Made by a program: the position numbers and the translations under genes | Origin: Rhodosorus marinus CCMP1338 | Lineage: Eukaryota > Plantae > Rhodophyta | DNA: 64,000 nt | Assembly (NCBI GenBank): GCA_029953675.1 | Contig: JAMWBK010000008.1 | Coordinates: 124,001 to 188,000, forward strand | Direction: 5' to 3' | The notes under the pieces: generated by a model | What the model saw: the letters and a program-made list of their open reading frames with translations, nothing else | Database searches by the model: none | Told to the model about the DNA's origin: nothing | In this document: one piece after another, positions 32,197 to 44,933 of the stretch | Layout: each line of letters starts with the position of its first letter | Position numbering within the stretch: position 1 is the first letter of the stretch

Positions 32197-35100
32197 GGAC
32201 TGGACTTTACTAGCATAGCCTGAAGCGCTACGCAAGGCGTGAAGATGAACTAATAACTAGGGAGGGAAGCCTGCAACCCCAGGCGCCGATGGCGCGCCTC
32301 GGAAAGCATGTCGCTGGAATATCGCCAAAGGGAGACACTTAAACGCCTCAAGAGCGCCAAATATTCAGTAGGATGCTCAGCAAAACATTTCCGCAACCAT
32401 TCTAAACCCGACTTATCCACGTGACCAAAGCTTTCCACAAGGAATGGCTGGAACCGGTGAGAGCGACCCTCAGCGCAAGGCAGACTGGCCATGCTCTCAG
32501 CATACCGTCGTTCCTTAACTCTTCGAAGGGCTGAAGCCGCGGCCCCCCGGCGGCGGGCGGCTGCGGTGAGGTGGGCGCTGGCCACGGGGCAGGTAATCGC
32601 AAGGTCCACATATGTTGAGCGTCTGGCAGCAGCGTCGGAGACGAGGAGATCGGCTATACAACGGGGCGGTGCAGAGTCCGAGATGGATCTGGGCAGTTCC
32701 GACTCAACCTCAACCGTATTCCCTATCCGAGTCAAAGATTCGCTGAGGATGTACTTGAGGCGAGTGTGACGCCTCGTACGGAGACCTCGCAACAGTCCGC
32801 AGGAACCCAGGAAGTGGTAGCCACAAGCGTCAATCCGGCTCTCACATCCCTGACAGAAAGACGGCCGATTAGAGTGCCACGGAGCCTGTGGCAAACCGAG
32901 ATAGATCCGTGCGGCAGAACGGAACTGGAAAGCATCGAGACGATGACTCAATGACGACGGTAGAGTGGTTAACCACAAGTGCGAGAGGTGGCCTCCCATG
33001 CCGCGGAGACGAGCGGCAGTGGTAGGCGGCGTGAGAGGAGAATTGAGCATGACTGTGTGAGCGGCACTGTGTTGGCCCCAGGTGAGGCTATGTTGAATCA
33101 CATCAGCGCGGGAGCTCCACAATCGGCTCAAACCCGGGTAGTCTGCAACAGGTGACCCGGGGCTAGCCTCTCCGTCATCGGCAAGAACTCGGTCGAGGGG
33201 ACACCTCAATCGCTTCAGCTCGTCCCCATAACAGCTCCCTCCAGGAACGAAAGCGGGACCGATTTGCGTCCGGCACGGCGTTGCACCTCCTGAACGCGTG
33301 TTGAAGACCATCATAAATTGTCAAAAGCGGGGGCGGCAGGCTCACTGGATCCTCGTTGGTCAAAGCTCGAGCCAAGAGGCAGGCACTTCGCATCCGGAAG
33401 GTCACCAACGTTCGCAGCGCGGTAGGCCAGGAGGCAACCGCCGCTGGCGAGCATACCAGCCCACGGTCTGCGACGCCGAATCCCCCTAATCGCAACGGTA
33501 GAGCGATCTGTGCACGAATAAAGTCCCTGTCGGGAGCAGCTTCAAGATCGAGGGGCTCATCCAAGAGCGTTCCCCAGTGTTGCAGGGTCATTTCGTCGGC
33601 TTTAGCCGCGATCCACGAGCCCCAAGCTGGAGGCAGGCTGCGCAACCAGTAGTTGAGTCTGGGACCGGCACAAAAGCGGGAAAGCAAGCAGGCCGATTGC
33701 AGCATGCTGTCGGGTAGGTGCTCAATGGCGTCGGTGAGTTGCTTGTGCCGTGCCAAAACTCGCTCGCAGGATGCTTGGACAAAGTTGTCAGTCCCCAATC
33801 CGACGCCGTGGTGTTCGAACCCTTCACGTTCGCTGATTAGTCGCAGAGTGGGTGGCAGAGAGTTCAGCGACACGTCCCTCGGGGGAGAAAGCGACATTTT
33901 TCTGTTTCCACAGTCAAACCGACGCGACGTGCAATCGCTTCGATCGCGGTCAGTCCCCTAGCCAGGGTGTCAGGGGTGCCCAGCAATGTTACGTCATCGT
34001 GGTACGCGCAGATTCGAAGATCCGAGACCTCAGTCGAAAGACGTAAAAGTACGAGCTGTAGGGCACAGGCATGAAGAAGAGGTCCGCAAGGGTCGCCTTG
34101 TTGGACGCCAGTATGTGCTTGAAAAACAGTGCCCTCCGTTGTCAAGTAGGGGAGGCTCTCCCCTCCGTAAATACCCGATAGAAACGGCCACGCCTCCGGA
34201 AACACACGTCGGAGCACCTCTAGCGCATGCGTCCGCGACACGCTGTTGAATGCGTTCCGGAAATCAACCACCAAGACTCCCCACTCCGGCCTACTGGCGC
34301 GTTCTAGCTCGATCCCATGGGTGATCAGTTCGCAACCCCAGAAAATCCCACCCCTACTTGCAAGGGCGCCATAAACGCTGTGACGCGCTGGCGAAGGCGC
34401 TGGCATAGCCACCTCCCGGCTAACTTCCGTAGGCTCTCCACCATCCCGATCGGCCGGAGACGCGGGTGGGCCGGCTGGTGGTCAGGTTTCGTGAGCAAGC
34501 AAAGCTGTGCCTGCCGGAGATGTTCCCATGGCGCAGACGCACCCGATACGCCCTGGAACAACTTGTTAAGGATCCTCAGAAGCGCGCTCTGGCCAGGCTG
34601 GCTCAGGGCCTGCAATAGCTCTGTTCTTAGTCCGGAGGGTCCGGGACAGCGTCCCCGACGCGAGGTACGAAGCAAATCCTCCAGGTCAGACTCACTGAGG
34701 GTCAGATCGATGCGAAACCTGGCCAACTCCGGACGGTCCAAGAATACCTCGAATTCAGGGGACAAATCCACGTCGGACTCAGGGAACAAAGACGACACCA
34801 TCTGGGCGAGACTATCATCGTAGGGGAGGACAGGCGCCTGGCCCTCCAAAACCCGCGCCGCTCGACTTAAATCGCCCACTGCTACCAATTTCTGTACTCG
34901 AGCTGGCACGGGCGACACTGTGCCATGCCGAGTCCGACGGGCGGATGGTGCTGACGACGCCAAATAGCTGCGCTGTAGTACTTCGAAGTCTCCCTTCAAG
35001 AACAGGGCCAGTCGGTCTCGTACTCGCCATCTGCGCTCCGATGTGTGAATGGGGGCCAGAATCAGGCGCGGCAAGACCCCCAGAAAAACCCAAATGACTG

Positions 35101-36968
35101 TGTCCCGAATGTTGCGAGCCAGGCTCGTGAAGATGAAATCGAGAATGGTTCCAGCTACTAGAAGGTCTCCACGAGGAAGGACGACTGGGGGAATGCCCCC
35201 ACGGAGGGGAAGCGAGCCTCCTTCCAAGGAAATCCACCGCCGGAGCCAACTCCGAAAACGCGTACGCCAAATGCCCCAGTCTCCGCCCTCCTTCAGGACA
35301 TAAGACTGTAGATCCATAGGCTGCGACCTCGCAGCCGTGCCTGGAGCGCTAATCGTGCTTCTCCCCCTTAGACCCGGGGGAGTCGGTCCTCGCTCTCTTA
35401 CCTCCTATCCGCACCAAAGTCGTGAGCCTCCCACTCCGCGAGGCTCGCGGAACGGATCCCGCGGGCTTCAGCAAAGTAACCTGGGCGTCCTCCACCGCCA
35501 TGCCCTCAGTCTGCTCCCCTGCCTCACCACTCTCGCTGGAAGTAGTGCTGGAAGCAGAGCCCTCCAAAATCCCCACCCGCTGCAGCTCTGTCTTGTAGCG
35601 CGAAGTCAGCACAAGTCGCCTCTCCAGATCGAAGAAACTGGAAACCGCCATGCGCAGGGCCCGACCGGAACCGCGCCAACAAGATCCTCTCAAGGCGCTG
35701 AATCCGTAGCCAATGGATCGCTGCCGCCTTCACGCTGCTCTCATGCTCAGAGAGCCCTGCCGTTTCTCCCGGAGACAGGAAATTGCCCGAGAAACGGTCA
35801 AAATCGAAGTGCAAAACCACCTGCGGGTTGCAGCGCAGCCACCGGGCGCTCTCAGGCCACTGCTCGGTAGGCTTCGCCAGCAAGGCCTCCAGGTACTTGG
35901 CGGCGGTTGCGGAGACCAAAAACAGCACATCGCGGCCCTCATAGTTTGCGAAGAAGAAATCACCCCGGCTGCACCCTAACGATTCCGCAAAAGTGTCCCG
36001 GAAGTCTCGCATAGACGGAACCTGTCCTCGTGTAGTCTGGGGCCGGACATTTCGCACCCACAGAAATTGGAGAGTGGTCTCCACAGGTCCATCCTGAGGC
36101 TCGCGAGATGGTATGAAACGGAGCATAGCCGCCGTACGTGTGGCAGTGGTGCCCTTCCGCAAGACTGATGCGTACGAAGCGCCCCCTTGCGGCCACCACG
36201 TGCCCCCGAAGTAGCCGGGAGCTGGTGACCACCTGAGGGCTGGTCCAAGAGAGGGAAGTCCACAGCTGCAGTCTCCTCCACACCGGTTGCCGCACAGTCA
36301 CCACCACCATTGCCTCGAGTCCCCGAGCGCTGAAGCGCGTTTTGGCCCGGCCTGCCGCTCCCCAACGTCGTACTGTCCCGCGCAGAAGCAACAGCCCTCG
36401 CCTGTCCCGGGACAGGTTCATGTTGATTGACCGGATGTTGACTGCCTTCAGCCAACGCTGCCACTCTGGGGCAATTCAAATTCTCGTCCGAATTTGAATT
36501 TGACCTGGCCAGCAATCCCGATTCCAGCCCACCTAGCTTCTGGGTGAGCTGAGGGAGCACTCCACGATCACTCGCAGCCGTGATCAGGCTGGTGACAGCG
36601 GAGATAAGTGAACGCGCCTGGGTGCCAGAAGCGCCTTCCAAGTCAACCTCGGAAGAAAACGTGCCGCAGCTGAGGCGAACACGGAGTCCCCCACCTGGCA
36701 GTGCCTCCTTGGGAGGAGGCTCCGTCGAGCGCGGAGATATCCCTACCATCCTGAGGGAATCCGCAAAGGAAACGTTGCACCACCAATATGAAACCGCACC
36801 GAGAGAATAATCGACCAAACCCAACCCAAATAGGAAAGGCCCCGCAACACACCCACCCGGAAGACAGAAGTAGTTGCAAATGCAAACGACGCCCCGCGGA
36901 AAATCGAGGGGAAGGCGTACCACAGGAAGCGCTTCCCGTAAACGAACACGCTCGCGACCGAAAAAGAA
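32197..36968 (-). mobile_element. Near full-length family B1 element, copy 2, with 8-bp TSD; several small indels
   Basis: ACTGAACT at 32189-32196 and 36969-36976; reverse complement of copy 1. Confidence 0.92.
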
Positions 36969-38158
36969 ACTGAACTAGAGCGGGAGGTTACGGCAGAACG
37001 CTCACCAGACACATACGAGCCGATGGATCAACGATGGTCCACTGCACAGCTGGCGGACCAGATCTGTGCATCGTCGCGAGCAATACAACGGAGGCTCGGA
37101 CCAGAAACCCCGCCGCGGATCTTGGCACTGACAACCCTGCAACAACCGCGAGAAACATCTCTTCGAAGCGCCCCGGGCGAGACTGCAGCTTGGAATAATG
37201 GTTCAATACAACAAACCCTCTCTCGAGAGCCACACCATTGTGCATTCCAAAAGCTGGTATCCAACCCACGAATCTCCCCTGAAAACCGAGCTCGAATACG
37301 GTCTGCCGCGGGATCCGGGTCGGGAGTCTGGCTACGTGAAATACCAACGCTGACACCGAAAAAATTGAGTGCGGTTGAGATGCAGGTATACGTTCGACAA
37401 CTGCTGGGTCTGCCAATTCCGGGATTGCGGACCACCGAGAAGTGCACTAGTTGCCGGAGTAAACACGGAAGGACTGGGGTACAACGGATTCATCACTGCC
37501 CAACATCAACTGGACTGTGGCAACGTCGGCATGACGAAATCTGCAGAGAGCTGACACGGTGGCTAAGGCGATGGAACTTCATGGACGTAGAGCAAGAACC
37601 TGAGGGGTACTTCGAGAACTACGGGCTGCGACCTGATATCGTTGCTAGGCATCCGAGGACCAAACAAAGGTATGCGCTGGATGTGACGGTGGTGTCACCA
37701 TTACGGGGAAAATATTTGCGGCGGAGCCAAGATGATAGCGGATACGCGGCGAGAGCTGCGGAGAAGTGGAAAATCGCTCACTACAAGGAAGCGATGGTGA
37801 TCGAGAAACCGGATGACAAGTTCATCCCGATAGCGATAGAGACGTTTGGGCGTACGGGGCAAATAGCACAAGAGTTCCTCCGCGACAGCTGCAAACACCT
37901 ACTGCACAGGAGTGAGGAGCTAAGAGACGTGAGATCCCAGATAAACCGGCAACTATGGCGAGGTAACGCAGAGATAGCATTAGGCGCTTTGCGCGTGGAC
38001 CAGCTGGAGAACCCGCTGGTGCCTGTTTTTTCTTTTGAACGTAGCATGAGACCCCGGTAGCGGGGTTCCAGTAAGTTTTTCCCTAGATAGGATTAGACGT
38101 AGTGTTGCGCTGCAGTAGGCAGCTGCCCAGTAAAGCTTACGGTAACGAAGGTTTGGGG
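36969..38158 (+). mobile_element. Family D1 element, 3' part (linker, CCHC, REL, 3' UTR, tail)
   Basis: Excising B1 restores EWPYLTELEREV in frame; CTSC...HHC...RRHD, LRPDIVARHP...YALDV, KFIPIAIETFG; stop 38058-38060. Confidence 0.9.
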
Positions 38159-38161
38159 TAA

Positions 38162-38585
38162 TTGAGGCAAACGAGCTAGATAAACGGATACGCGGCGGAG
38201 AAAGGGGAGCAACGCAAAGTGGCACACTACCAGGAGGTAATATGCGCTGAACCCAGAGAGGTGATACTCGTACCATTTTTTCTTGAGACGTACGGACGAA
38301 TGGGAAAGGCAGGCTAGGGTTTTCTGAGAAAGGCAACTGCTCATCTCCATGATCGTGAAACACACCTATCATCGGTAAGAGGGCAGTTGAAAAGTATTTT
38401 ACGGCAGCAAAATGCGCAGTTAGTAGAAGATGCGATCGAGAAGGACCGGGCGGACCGGGCGATGTTTCCGTTTGCTAGTTTTAGATGAGACCCCTGGCCA
38501 GGGTGTCTGGGTATGTTTAGAGCGTACATGGTGTTTCAGTAGTGCGCCACGGTAGGTAGCTGCCGATTAAAGGCCACGGGGTTAC
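38162..38585 (+). mobile_element. D-like subfamily 3' fragment directly behind the D1 tail
   Basis: GYAAEKGEQRKVAHY...ETYGRMG, LRQQNAQL; 3' UTR matches 12347-12424. Confidence 0.8.
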
Positions 38586-39288
38586 TCTTTATAGCTTTGA
38601 ACAAGAGGGTGGAAACCCTGCAAGGGATGGAAGCCGGAGTTCCGACTGAACCTGCAGTCTTTGACACAAGAGGTTGTTAGATGGCTGTTCTTAAATCTCC
38701 AGGAAGGAAATTTCAGAGAGGCAGATTCGTTGCACGCGGTGGAAACCCGGTTGAAACCCGGTGGACGCTTTAGAATGCAGGATAAGCGCATGATGGCGGG
38801 AGAAGTCTCATATCAGGTGGGACAGTCATGAGATCATGCAGTTGCGAGAGATTCATCAAACTACAATGCGAAGTAAGTATGTTAGAAAATACAGGTCACT
38901 GCAACGACATGTCGTATCGTTCCCTGGCACCACTGTCTGTGGTGGCGATCATGGTCACGAGTCCTCTATGACAAGGGTAGGGGAAACACATAGGAAGCTT
39001 GCTACAAGTGGTGCAGGAATGAAACTGACACGGGGGTTCCTGGAACCCGGTGTGCGGAAGAGACTACCGACAGGATTAAGAGAATCCAATGGTGAGCTTA
39101 GCTATGGGGAGACGAATGAAAACCCTTACGTCTTCGAGTATTGTACAACCTTTCCAAAATTCTTCGCAGAGGAGCGTACTTTTATGGATGATGTCTTCGC
39201 ACATTCATTCATTCCCATCCCAAAATAAAGCAAGCCCGTTTCACAGGTTTCATGTTGAATCTGCACTATGATCGTTCTTTTTAGGCTA

Positions 39289-39572
39289 CGGGTCGCTGCG
39301 GAACGCACGAGATCTCTGTAAGGCAGCGCCTTAGGCCACTTATGGTACGACATCCCCACGGACCCGAAGGGTCATCTGCTGGGAACGCATTTACCTCGCC
39401 AAGATCAGGCCTAGAGTCGCTAATGATCTTCGGGTCGCTGCGGAACGCACGAGATCTCTGTAAGGCAGCGCCTTAGGCCATTTATAGTACGACATCCCCA
39501 CGGACCCGAAGGGTCATTTGCTGGGAACGCATTTACCTCGCCAAGATCAGGCCTAGAGTCGCTAACGATCTT
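39289..39572. repeat. 142-bp tandem duplication of the 3' end of the adjacent gene
   Basis: Copies 39289-39430 and 39431-39572. Confidence 0.95.
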
Positions 39573-40037
39573 CAGCTTGGGGCTGAGACAGTTTCTCCTG
39601 TTGCAGCAACCCTCTGGGAACTCCGCCGGGCAGTCATATTCGTCGAAGCCAACATATTGGGTTACATTCGTCGTGCCCCCTTGCTGCCTCTCAGAGCGTT
39701 GGTACGGGAATATTCTCTTCACCTGGCAGTTTCTGTGTACCCCAGAGTAGGCTCGTGTGATCGAGATCCCTGGGTTAACGCTGTACTGGAAACGAGTCGA
39801 GAGAGTACCCTCGTATTCTACCACATCTATGCAGACCTCGCCGATTGTTTCAAAACCATTCCATGCTTGAACCTTGGCTATGAGTGGAATGCACTCTTGT
39901 GCGGGGACAACACCAAAAACCCAAAACACAAACCGACCGATCATAAAAAAACCGGCCGGCAAGTAGTTCTCCGCCTTCACGTACGCAGCCATCGTCAAGA
40001 CGGCAACAAGCAACGTAATCAGCTTCAAGTTCTTCAT
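39420..40037 (-). CDS. Secreted Cys-rich protein, 205 aa
   Basis: Signal peptide MKNLKLITLLVAVLTMAAYVKA; CIPL...GEVC, CCNRRNC; related to 15927-16295. Confidence 0.8.
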   Translation of the reverse strand: MKNLKLITLLVAVLTMAAYVKAENYLPAGFFMIGRFVFWVFGVVPAQECIPLIAKVQAWNGFETIGEVCIDVVEYEGTLSTRFQYSVNPGISITRAYSGVHRNCQVKRIFPYQRSERQQGGTTNVTQYVGFDEYDCPAEFPEGCCNRRNCLSPKLKIVSDSRPDLGEVNAFPANDPSGPWGCRTINGLRRCLTEISCVPQRPEDH

Positions 40038-40166
40038 GTTTGATTCTTTCTCTACAACTGCAAATCCTCGCCAGTCTCTCTCCAGCACCCACACCTCTCA
40101 ACCCTCCTTCGCTACCGGCTCTCCCCATCCCAATTCCTCCCACACAGGACACTCATAGCCAGTTCC

Positions 40167-40174
40167 TTTATATA
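40167..40174 (-). promoter_or_regulatory. TATA box (TATATAAA)
   Basis: Canonical sequence, correct strand, ~130 nt upstream of ATG 40037. Confidence 0.6.
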
Positions 40175-40842
40175 CCCTCACACCGCCCCCGCCGTTAACC
40201 ATGATCGAGAAATAGACCACAAATTGTGTACTATTTTCTGCTATCCTTGAGTATCAACAGCAGATATACTGCCAACTGTCAAGTACCTTCCCCCCTTCCT
40301 CCCCCCTGGCTCCCCCCTCTCCTCTCCCCTTTTCTTCCGCGCTCACTACGTACTCCCACAAAACTAGCCTGGAAGTCTGCACCCACCACCGGATGGACTC
40401 TATCACAGAAGAGCTTTTCAGGCGGGAGGTTCCAACCCCTTAGCCAAACCAAGCGCTGTAGAATTTCATAAGCCTTGGATACAGTCTCGAGGGTTTTCAG
40501 GAAAAGCAGAAGATGTCCGCGAATGGAAAGTCAGTTATGAGCACAGTAGGACAGGGCTTCTAAACATCCCCACTCCTGTCCCTCTCCACCTCTCCCCCCC
40601 TTCTCCGGTGTGTCTCCTCTATGGGGGTTGGCAAGGCTCTGCACTGCCAACCCCCTTAGAGAAGACAAATTCCCAAAGTGATTTCCTGTTTTGTCCAACG
40701 GAGATGCATTGCCTATGGGGGTGTGCCATACAGTTAGGCTGGGGTGGGGGGGAGGGAGGGAGGAGGACTTGTTGTTCATAAACCATGCAGAACGATCCCG
40801 ATCTCGACGTTTCTTAAGATCACCCGAATCTGGAGTAGGGTA

Positions 40843-42125
40843 CATTGAAGGTACTCTACTCCTCCAATCCCAACGGCCTCCCTCTTTTCCCACACAGTCC
40901 GCGTTGCGGACACGGAATCCGCCAACCCTACACATTGACCGTGTTAGATTACGTCTTTTTCACATTGGAGCATAAAGAGGACATATCTCTTTAACGGCAT
41001 GTTTTTGTTGTCGACCCAACGACAAAAAGTTCGATAACACAATCCCAATGGCGAATCATGTACCGCGAAACCCGCCAACACCCACACTCAACGTCAGGGC
41101 AAAGGGTGGAGGAAGGACGGAAGTAACCCCATCTGGACCGTGTTAGGTGAAAATCTGTTCAACACTGGACCCCAACAAATCCCCTGTCTCGCTAAAATGG
41201 GAAACCTGTACCCTTTTTATAGAAAAAGCTGTTAGCCATTCTCACCACGCACTCCAACTGCGACGCGGGCGTGTGCTAGACACGAGGTCGTCGCCTTGTC
41301 AGTACACGGAATATATATGATGAACAAGAGAATCTTTTTTTTCACAAACCGGATAACAGTTTTCTTGTTTGTTTGTTTGTTTTGTGGTTTGTTTTTTATT
41401 GCTCGGAAGAGGGCCATCGGAAGCAGAACCTGAACAAAAAAAATTAGTAGAAACAGTTCCAAGTCAACAGAACCATCAGGTCGGAGGAACTCCTCCACTC
41501 TCACCCCGCCGTTGCATTGAAGGTACTCTACTCCTCCAATCCCAACGGCCTCCCTCTTTTCCCACACAGTCCGCGTTGCGGACTAATGATGGAACACTTT
41601 TGTGAATTATCCAGAAATAGACAGAATTCAGTCTTCCTCTTTTTCCTCGAGGTCGAGGTCTCTCTCCCCCAACCCCCCTGCCCTCTTAGGTCGGAGGAAC
41701 TCCTCCACTCTCACTCCGCAGTTGCATTGAAGGTAGTTCACTCCTCCAATCCCAACGGCCTCCCTCTTTTCCACACAGTCCGCGTTGGCGGACTGAATGA
41801 ATGGTTTAATCGGAGGCTGAAAAAAAAAACCCCCGAGGAGAAAAAAAGACTAAGTGCGGCGAAGAACTCGCGCCTCCAACATCAAAGCGGCATTCATGCG
41901 CCACAGCAGGAAACTTATGCGGGTAAACAACGATTGAAGACGGTCAGGGCGTTCGCGGAACAACTCCCGAAGCCAGCGAGAACCAACAGAGTCCATGAAC
42001 CCAAAGCACTCAATGATCAATATTAGTTGGCGGACTAATGATGGAAGACTTCCGTGAATTATCAAGAAATAGACAGAATTCAGACTTCCTCTTTTCCCTC
42101 GAAGTCGAGATCTTTCTCACCCAAC
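40843..42125. repeat. ~210-bp tandem duplication (41477-41687, 41688-42125 with an A insertion) plus a third partial copy at 40843-40912
   Basis: Shared AGGTCGGAGGAACTCCTCCACTCTCAC...CATTGAAGGTA...CCACACAGTCCGCGTTG...AATGATGGAA...GACAGAATTCAG. Confidence 0.85.
41795..42025 (-). mobile_element. 5'-truncated family A insertion with 11-bp TSD
   Basis: GTTGGCGGACT at 41784-41794 and 42026-42036; tail CCATTCATTC; near-identical to 21180-21400. Confidence 0.9.
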
Positions 42126-42519
42126 CCCCACCCCCCCCCGCCCTCCTATCTTTTCTTCTTTCTCACAAAATTCCCCCAAAATATTTTTAAATCAAAACAT
42201 AGATAAGTTCGTTCAACGAAAAAAAAATCCAAGTAGGGGTGCTGAATATCGAAGATAAATTGATTTAAGGTCTGCATTCGTACTGACAATGAATTTGTTT
42301 TTTTTTGCCTATGGGCATCAGGTTGTCGAACCAAAAGTTAACCCCTCCCCTTTTCTCTATCTGCAAATACTAAATTCCTGTGTTTTGTTGGTATTTGTAA
42401 GGAGAATCGAAGATACTCCATAGATTCCAATAGGGGTTATGTATCCACACAAAATAAACTCAAAAAATGAAAGAAACTATTTTCCTTTATTTAATATTTT
42501 GACGAAAAAGGTACCCCCC

Positions 42520-43042
42520 TCGGCGCTCCCCTTCACCCCCCACCCCCTTTCCAAAACAAAGAAAGTCTCGCGTCAGAGTGGGTTGACGAGACTCGCAAAC
42601 GGTGTAAGATGTCCTATCACACTGATTGGCCAGGTTCAGGAAAAATTGTAAGCCAAAACGGAAGAGCCTCGGCTCTCCCTTCACCCCTCCCTTTGCAAAA
42701 AAAGAAAGTCCCGCGTCAGAGTGGGTTGGCGGGACACTCGCAAACGGTGTAAGATGTCCTATCACACTGATTGGCCAGTTTCAGGAAAAATTGTATGCCA
42801 AAACGTTTTTTACTATACAAATTATTTAAAAAACAACTTGTTCTCTTGGTTCGATTTTATTGCCCCCCGGCCCCAAAAAAGAAGAAAATCTCTCCTCAGA
42901 CCGGATTGACCAGACTCGCAAATGGTGTAAGATGCCCTATCACACTGACTGGCCAGTTTCAGGAAAAATTGTAGGCCAAAACGGGACATTTTTATTTTGT
43001 AACTTATTTCAAAACAACTTATACTCTTGCTTCGATTTTATT
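42520..43042. repeat. Three-copy complex repeat (periods ~145 and ~178 bp)
   Basis: Core ACTCGCAAACGGTGTAAGATGTCCTATCACACTGATTGGCCAG..TCAGGAAAAATTGTA.GCCAAAACG at 42591, 42736 and 42914. Confidence 0.9.
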
Positions 43043-43149
43043 TTATAAAAACGTATACATATATATATATATATCAACAAAATAAAGTGAGGAGATGATT
43101 TTCCATCCGACAACAGCGGACAAAACCAAAGAAATACACACACAATGCG

Positions 43150-44240
43150 AAGAAAAAAAGCCGTTGAGGGTCGCACTCCGCTTATGTATGTCATCGTTTG
43201 GTATATGGTCTGGTCATTGGAGAAGTTTGGGTTTGTGGTTGCACTATTTGGTTTACGGTTGGCTTTTCGGGAGTGTTGTTCTCTGCGGAACGCCTTGACC
43301 GACTGTTTCTCCTAGCCGTTTTTATCCGTCTATAAGTCTCTTGCTGTTCGCTTCGATGGTGGAGGAGGCGCGCGATCTTTTGCAGCGGGATAGGGTGTTT
43401 CCCCTCGGTTTTTTTTTCTTTTCTTTGCATTCTTCCGATTGATATGTTCGTTAGCCTCATACAGCATGCGGGGACCAAGTCTGGGCGGCAGCCTTAACTG
43501 TCAATGGCTCTCACCACCGTTCCAAATCTTCCGCTCCTCACGTTCGCGGAATTTGAAGTGCGCACTTCTCTGCACTTGTACCTTTTCCTGCACTTGTACC
43601 TTTTATTGCACTTGTACCTAGGATTGCATCAGCAGCCGCCCTGGCCTTCCAAGCTGGGTTTGACCTGCCGTTTGCTCTCAGAACGAAGGCACGGCGGATT
43701 TTGCTCGTCAGCTGCCCGGCTGGCAAGACGCGCACGAAACCGCCAATATAAGCGGATTTTGAACAATTTGTTTGTACCTCGAACTTCTGCCTATAGTACG
43801 GCATTTCAGTCTTCCAATTGAATGTGAGACGCCACTGTCCGTCGCAGACTACGAAAACGAAGAACGCAGAGCAGTTGACCTTCCGATCATCTGTGACGAT
43901 AGAGAGCGCCGTAGAGTTGCCGCTGCCAACATGAGCCGTCGCGTCGCGGAGAGTTGAAATATGCGGGGGCTTTGTCTTCCCCAGATATTCGTGCTTCGGC
44001 TCTATCTCATCGCCTGGTACCTCTGGTCATTTGAGTGCTTTGGGTGTATGGATTCCGGTAGTTCCCGTTGGCTTCGAGAGTTGTTCCGCGAACGCCCTGC
44101 CATCTCTCCCCGTTTTTACTCGTAAAGTTTCTTGCTGTGGCGTATGAACGATGCTTTGATGTTGGAGGCACGATATCTTCGCCGTGCATAGCGTTTTTTC
44201 CGCTCCGTGTATTTTATTTCAGTTTCCGATTGAACAAATT
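43150..44240 (+). mobile_element. Degenerate, internally deleted family A-like copy
   Basis: SLGGSLNCQWL, EFEVRTSLHLY (with in-frame 18-bp triplication at 43571-43619), ADYENEERR; A-like terminus TTTCAGTTTCCGATTGAAC. Confidence 0.7.
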
Positions 44241-44599
44241 CATTCAATGGAGCCTCTAAAGATTGAAGAAGAAGACTATCAATGCGTTGCTGGTGAACTC
44301 GTAGAGCGTGGTTTGACCACGTTCCCTGGGACTATCACTGATCGAGTTTTGTTGTTTTTAGACGGTGTTGCTTCTCGCCTGCTTGGTCGTGTTGCTATTT
44401 TTCGCAATGTCCGCCGGGCCGTCTTGGCATCTGAGGGAATAATTAAAACTTTCTCAGGCGCGTTTGGATGCTACCCTTGTTGTTGGACGCGTCGTTTACG
44501 GCTCCCTTTTTACGTTCTCTCTCAGGGTACATAGACTGGGAATAACTTGTTCACCCTTAAAACAAAAACCACCCTCCCCACCACAGCACCTGGCATCGA

Positions 44600-44933
44600 T
44601 ACTCCTCCTTCGCTTCCCCAAAGCGCTCACTCCTTAGCAATCCTGCAGCGTTCAAACGCCACAACAACAAAGTAAACAAGGATTGAAGACGGTCCGGGCG
44701 TTCGCGGAAGATCTCTCGAAGCCAGCGAGACACAACGGAGTCCATAAACCTAAAGGTTTCGATGACTAAAGGCACCTGGCGGTGAGCGAGCGCCGAAGCA
44801 CGAACCTCTGGGGTAGACGGAGCCCTCGTACATGTCACCTCTTCATGGCGACGCATACTGGCAGCTGCATATCCACGGCGCTCTCCCGCGGCAGGCAGAT
44901 AACGGCTGGCCTGAGGGTTAGGCACAGTATGAG
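44600..44933 (-). mobile_element. Degenerate family A REL C-terminal fragment
   Basis: TVPNPQASRYLPAAGERRG...RERPDRLQSLF. Confidence 0.85.

Noticed and set aside
38600-39228. Methyltransferase-like relic (RLKPGGRF) and 130-aa ORF
   Set aside because: A single short motif with no glycine-rich SAM-binding motif I, interrupted by stops; not supportable.
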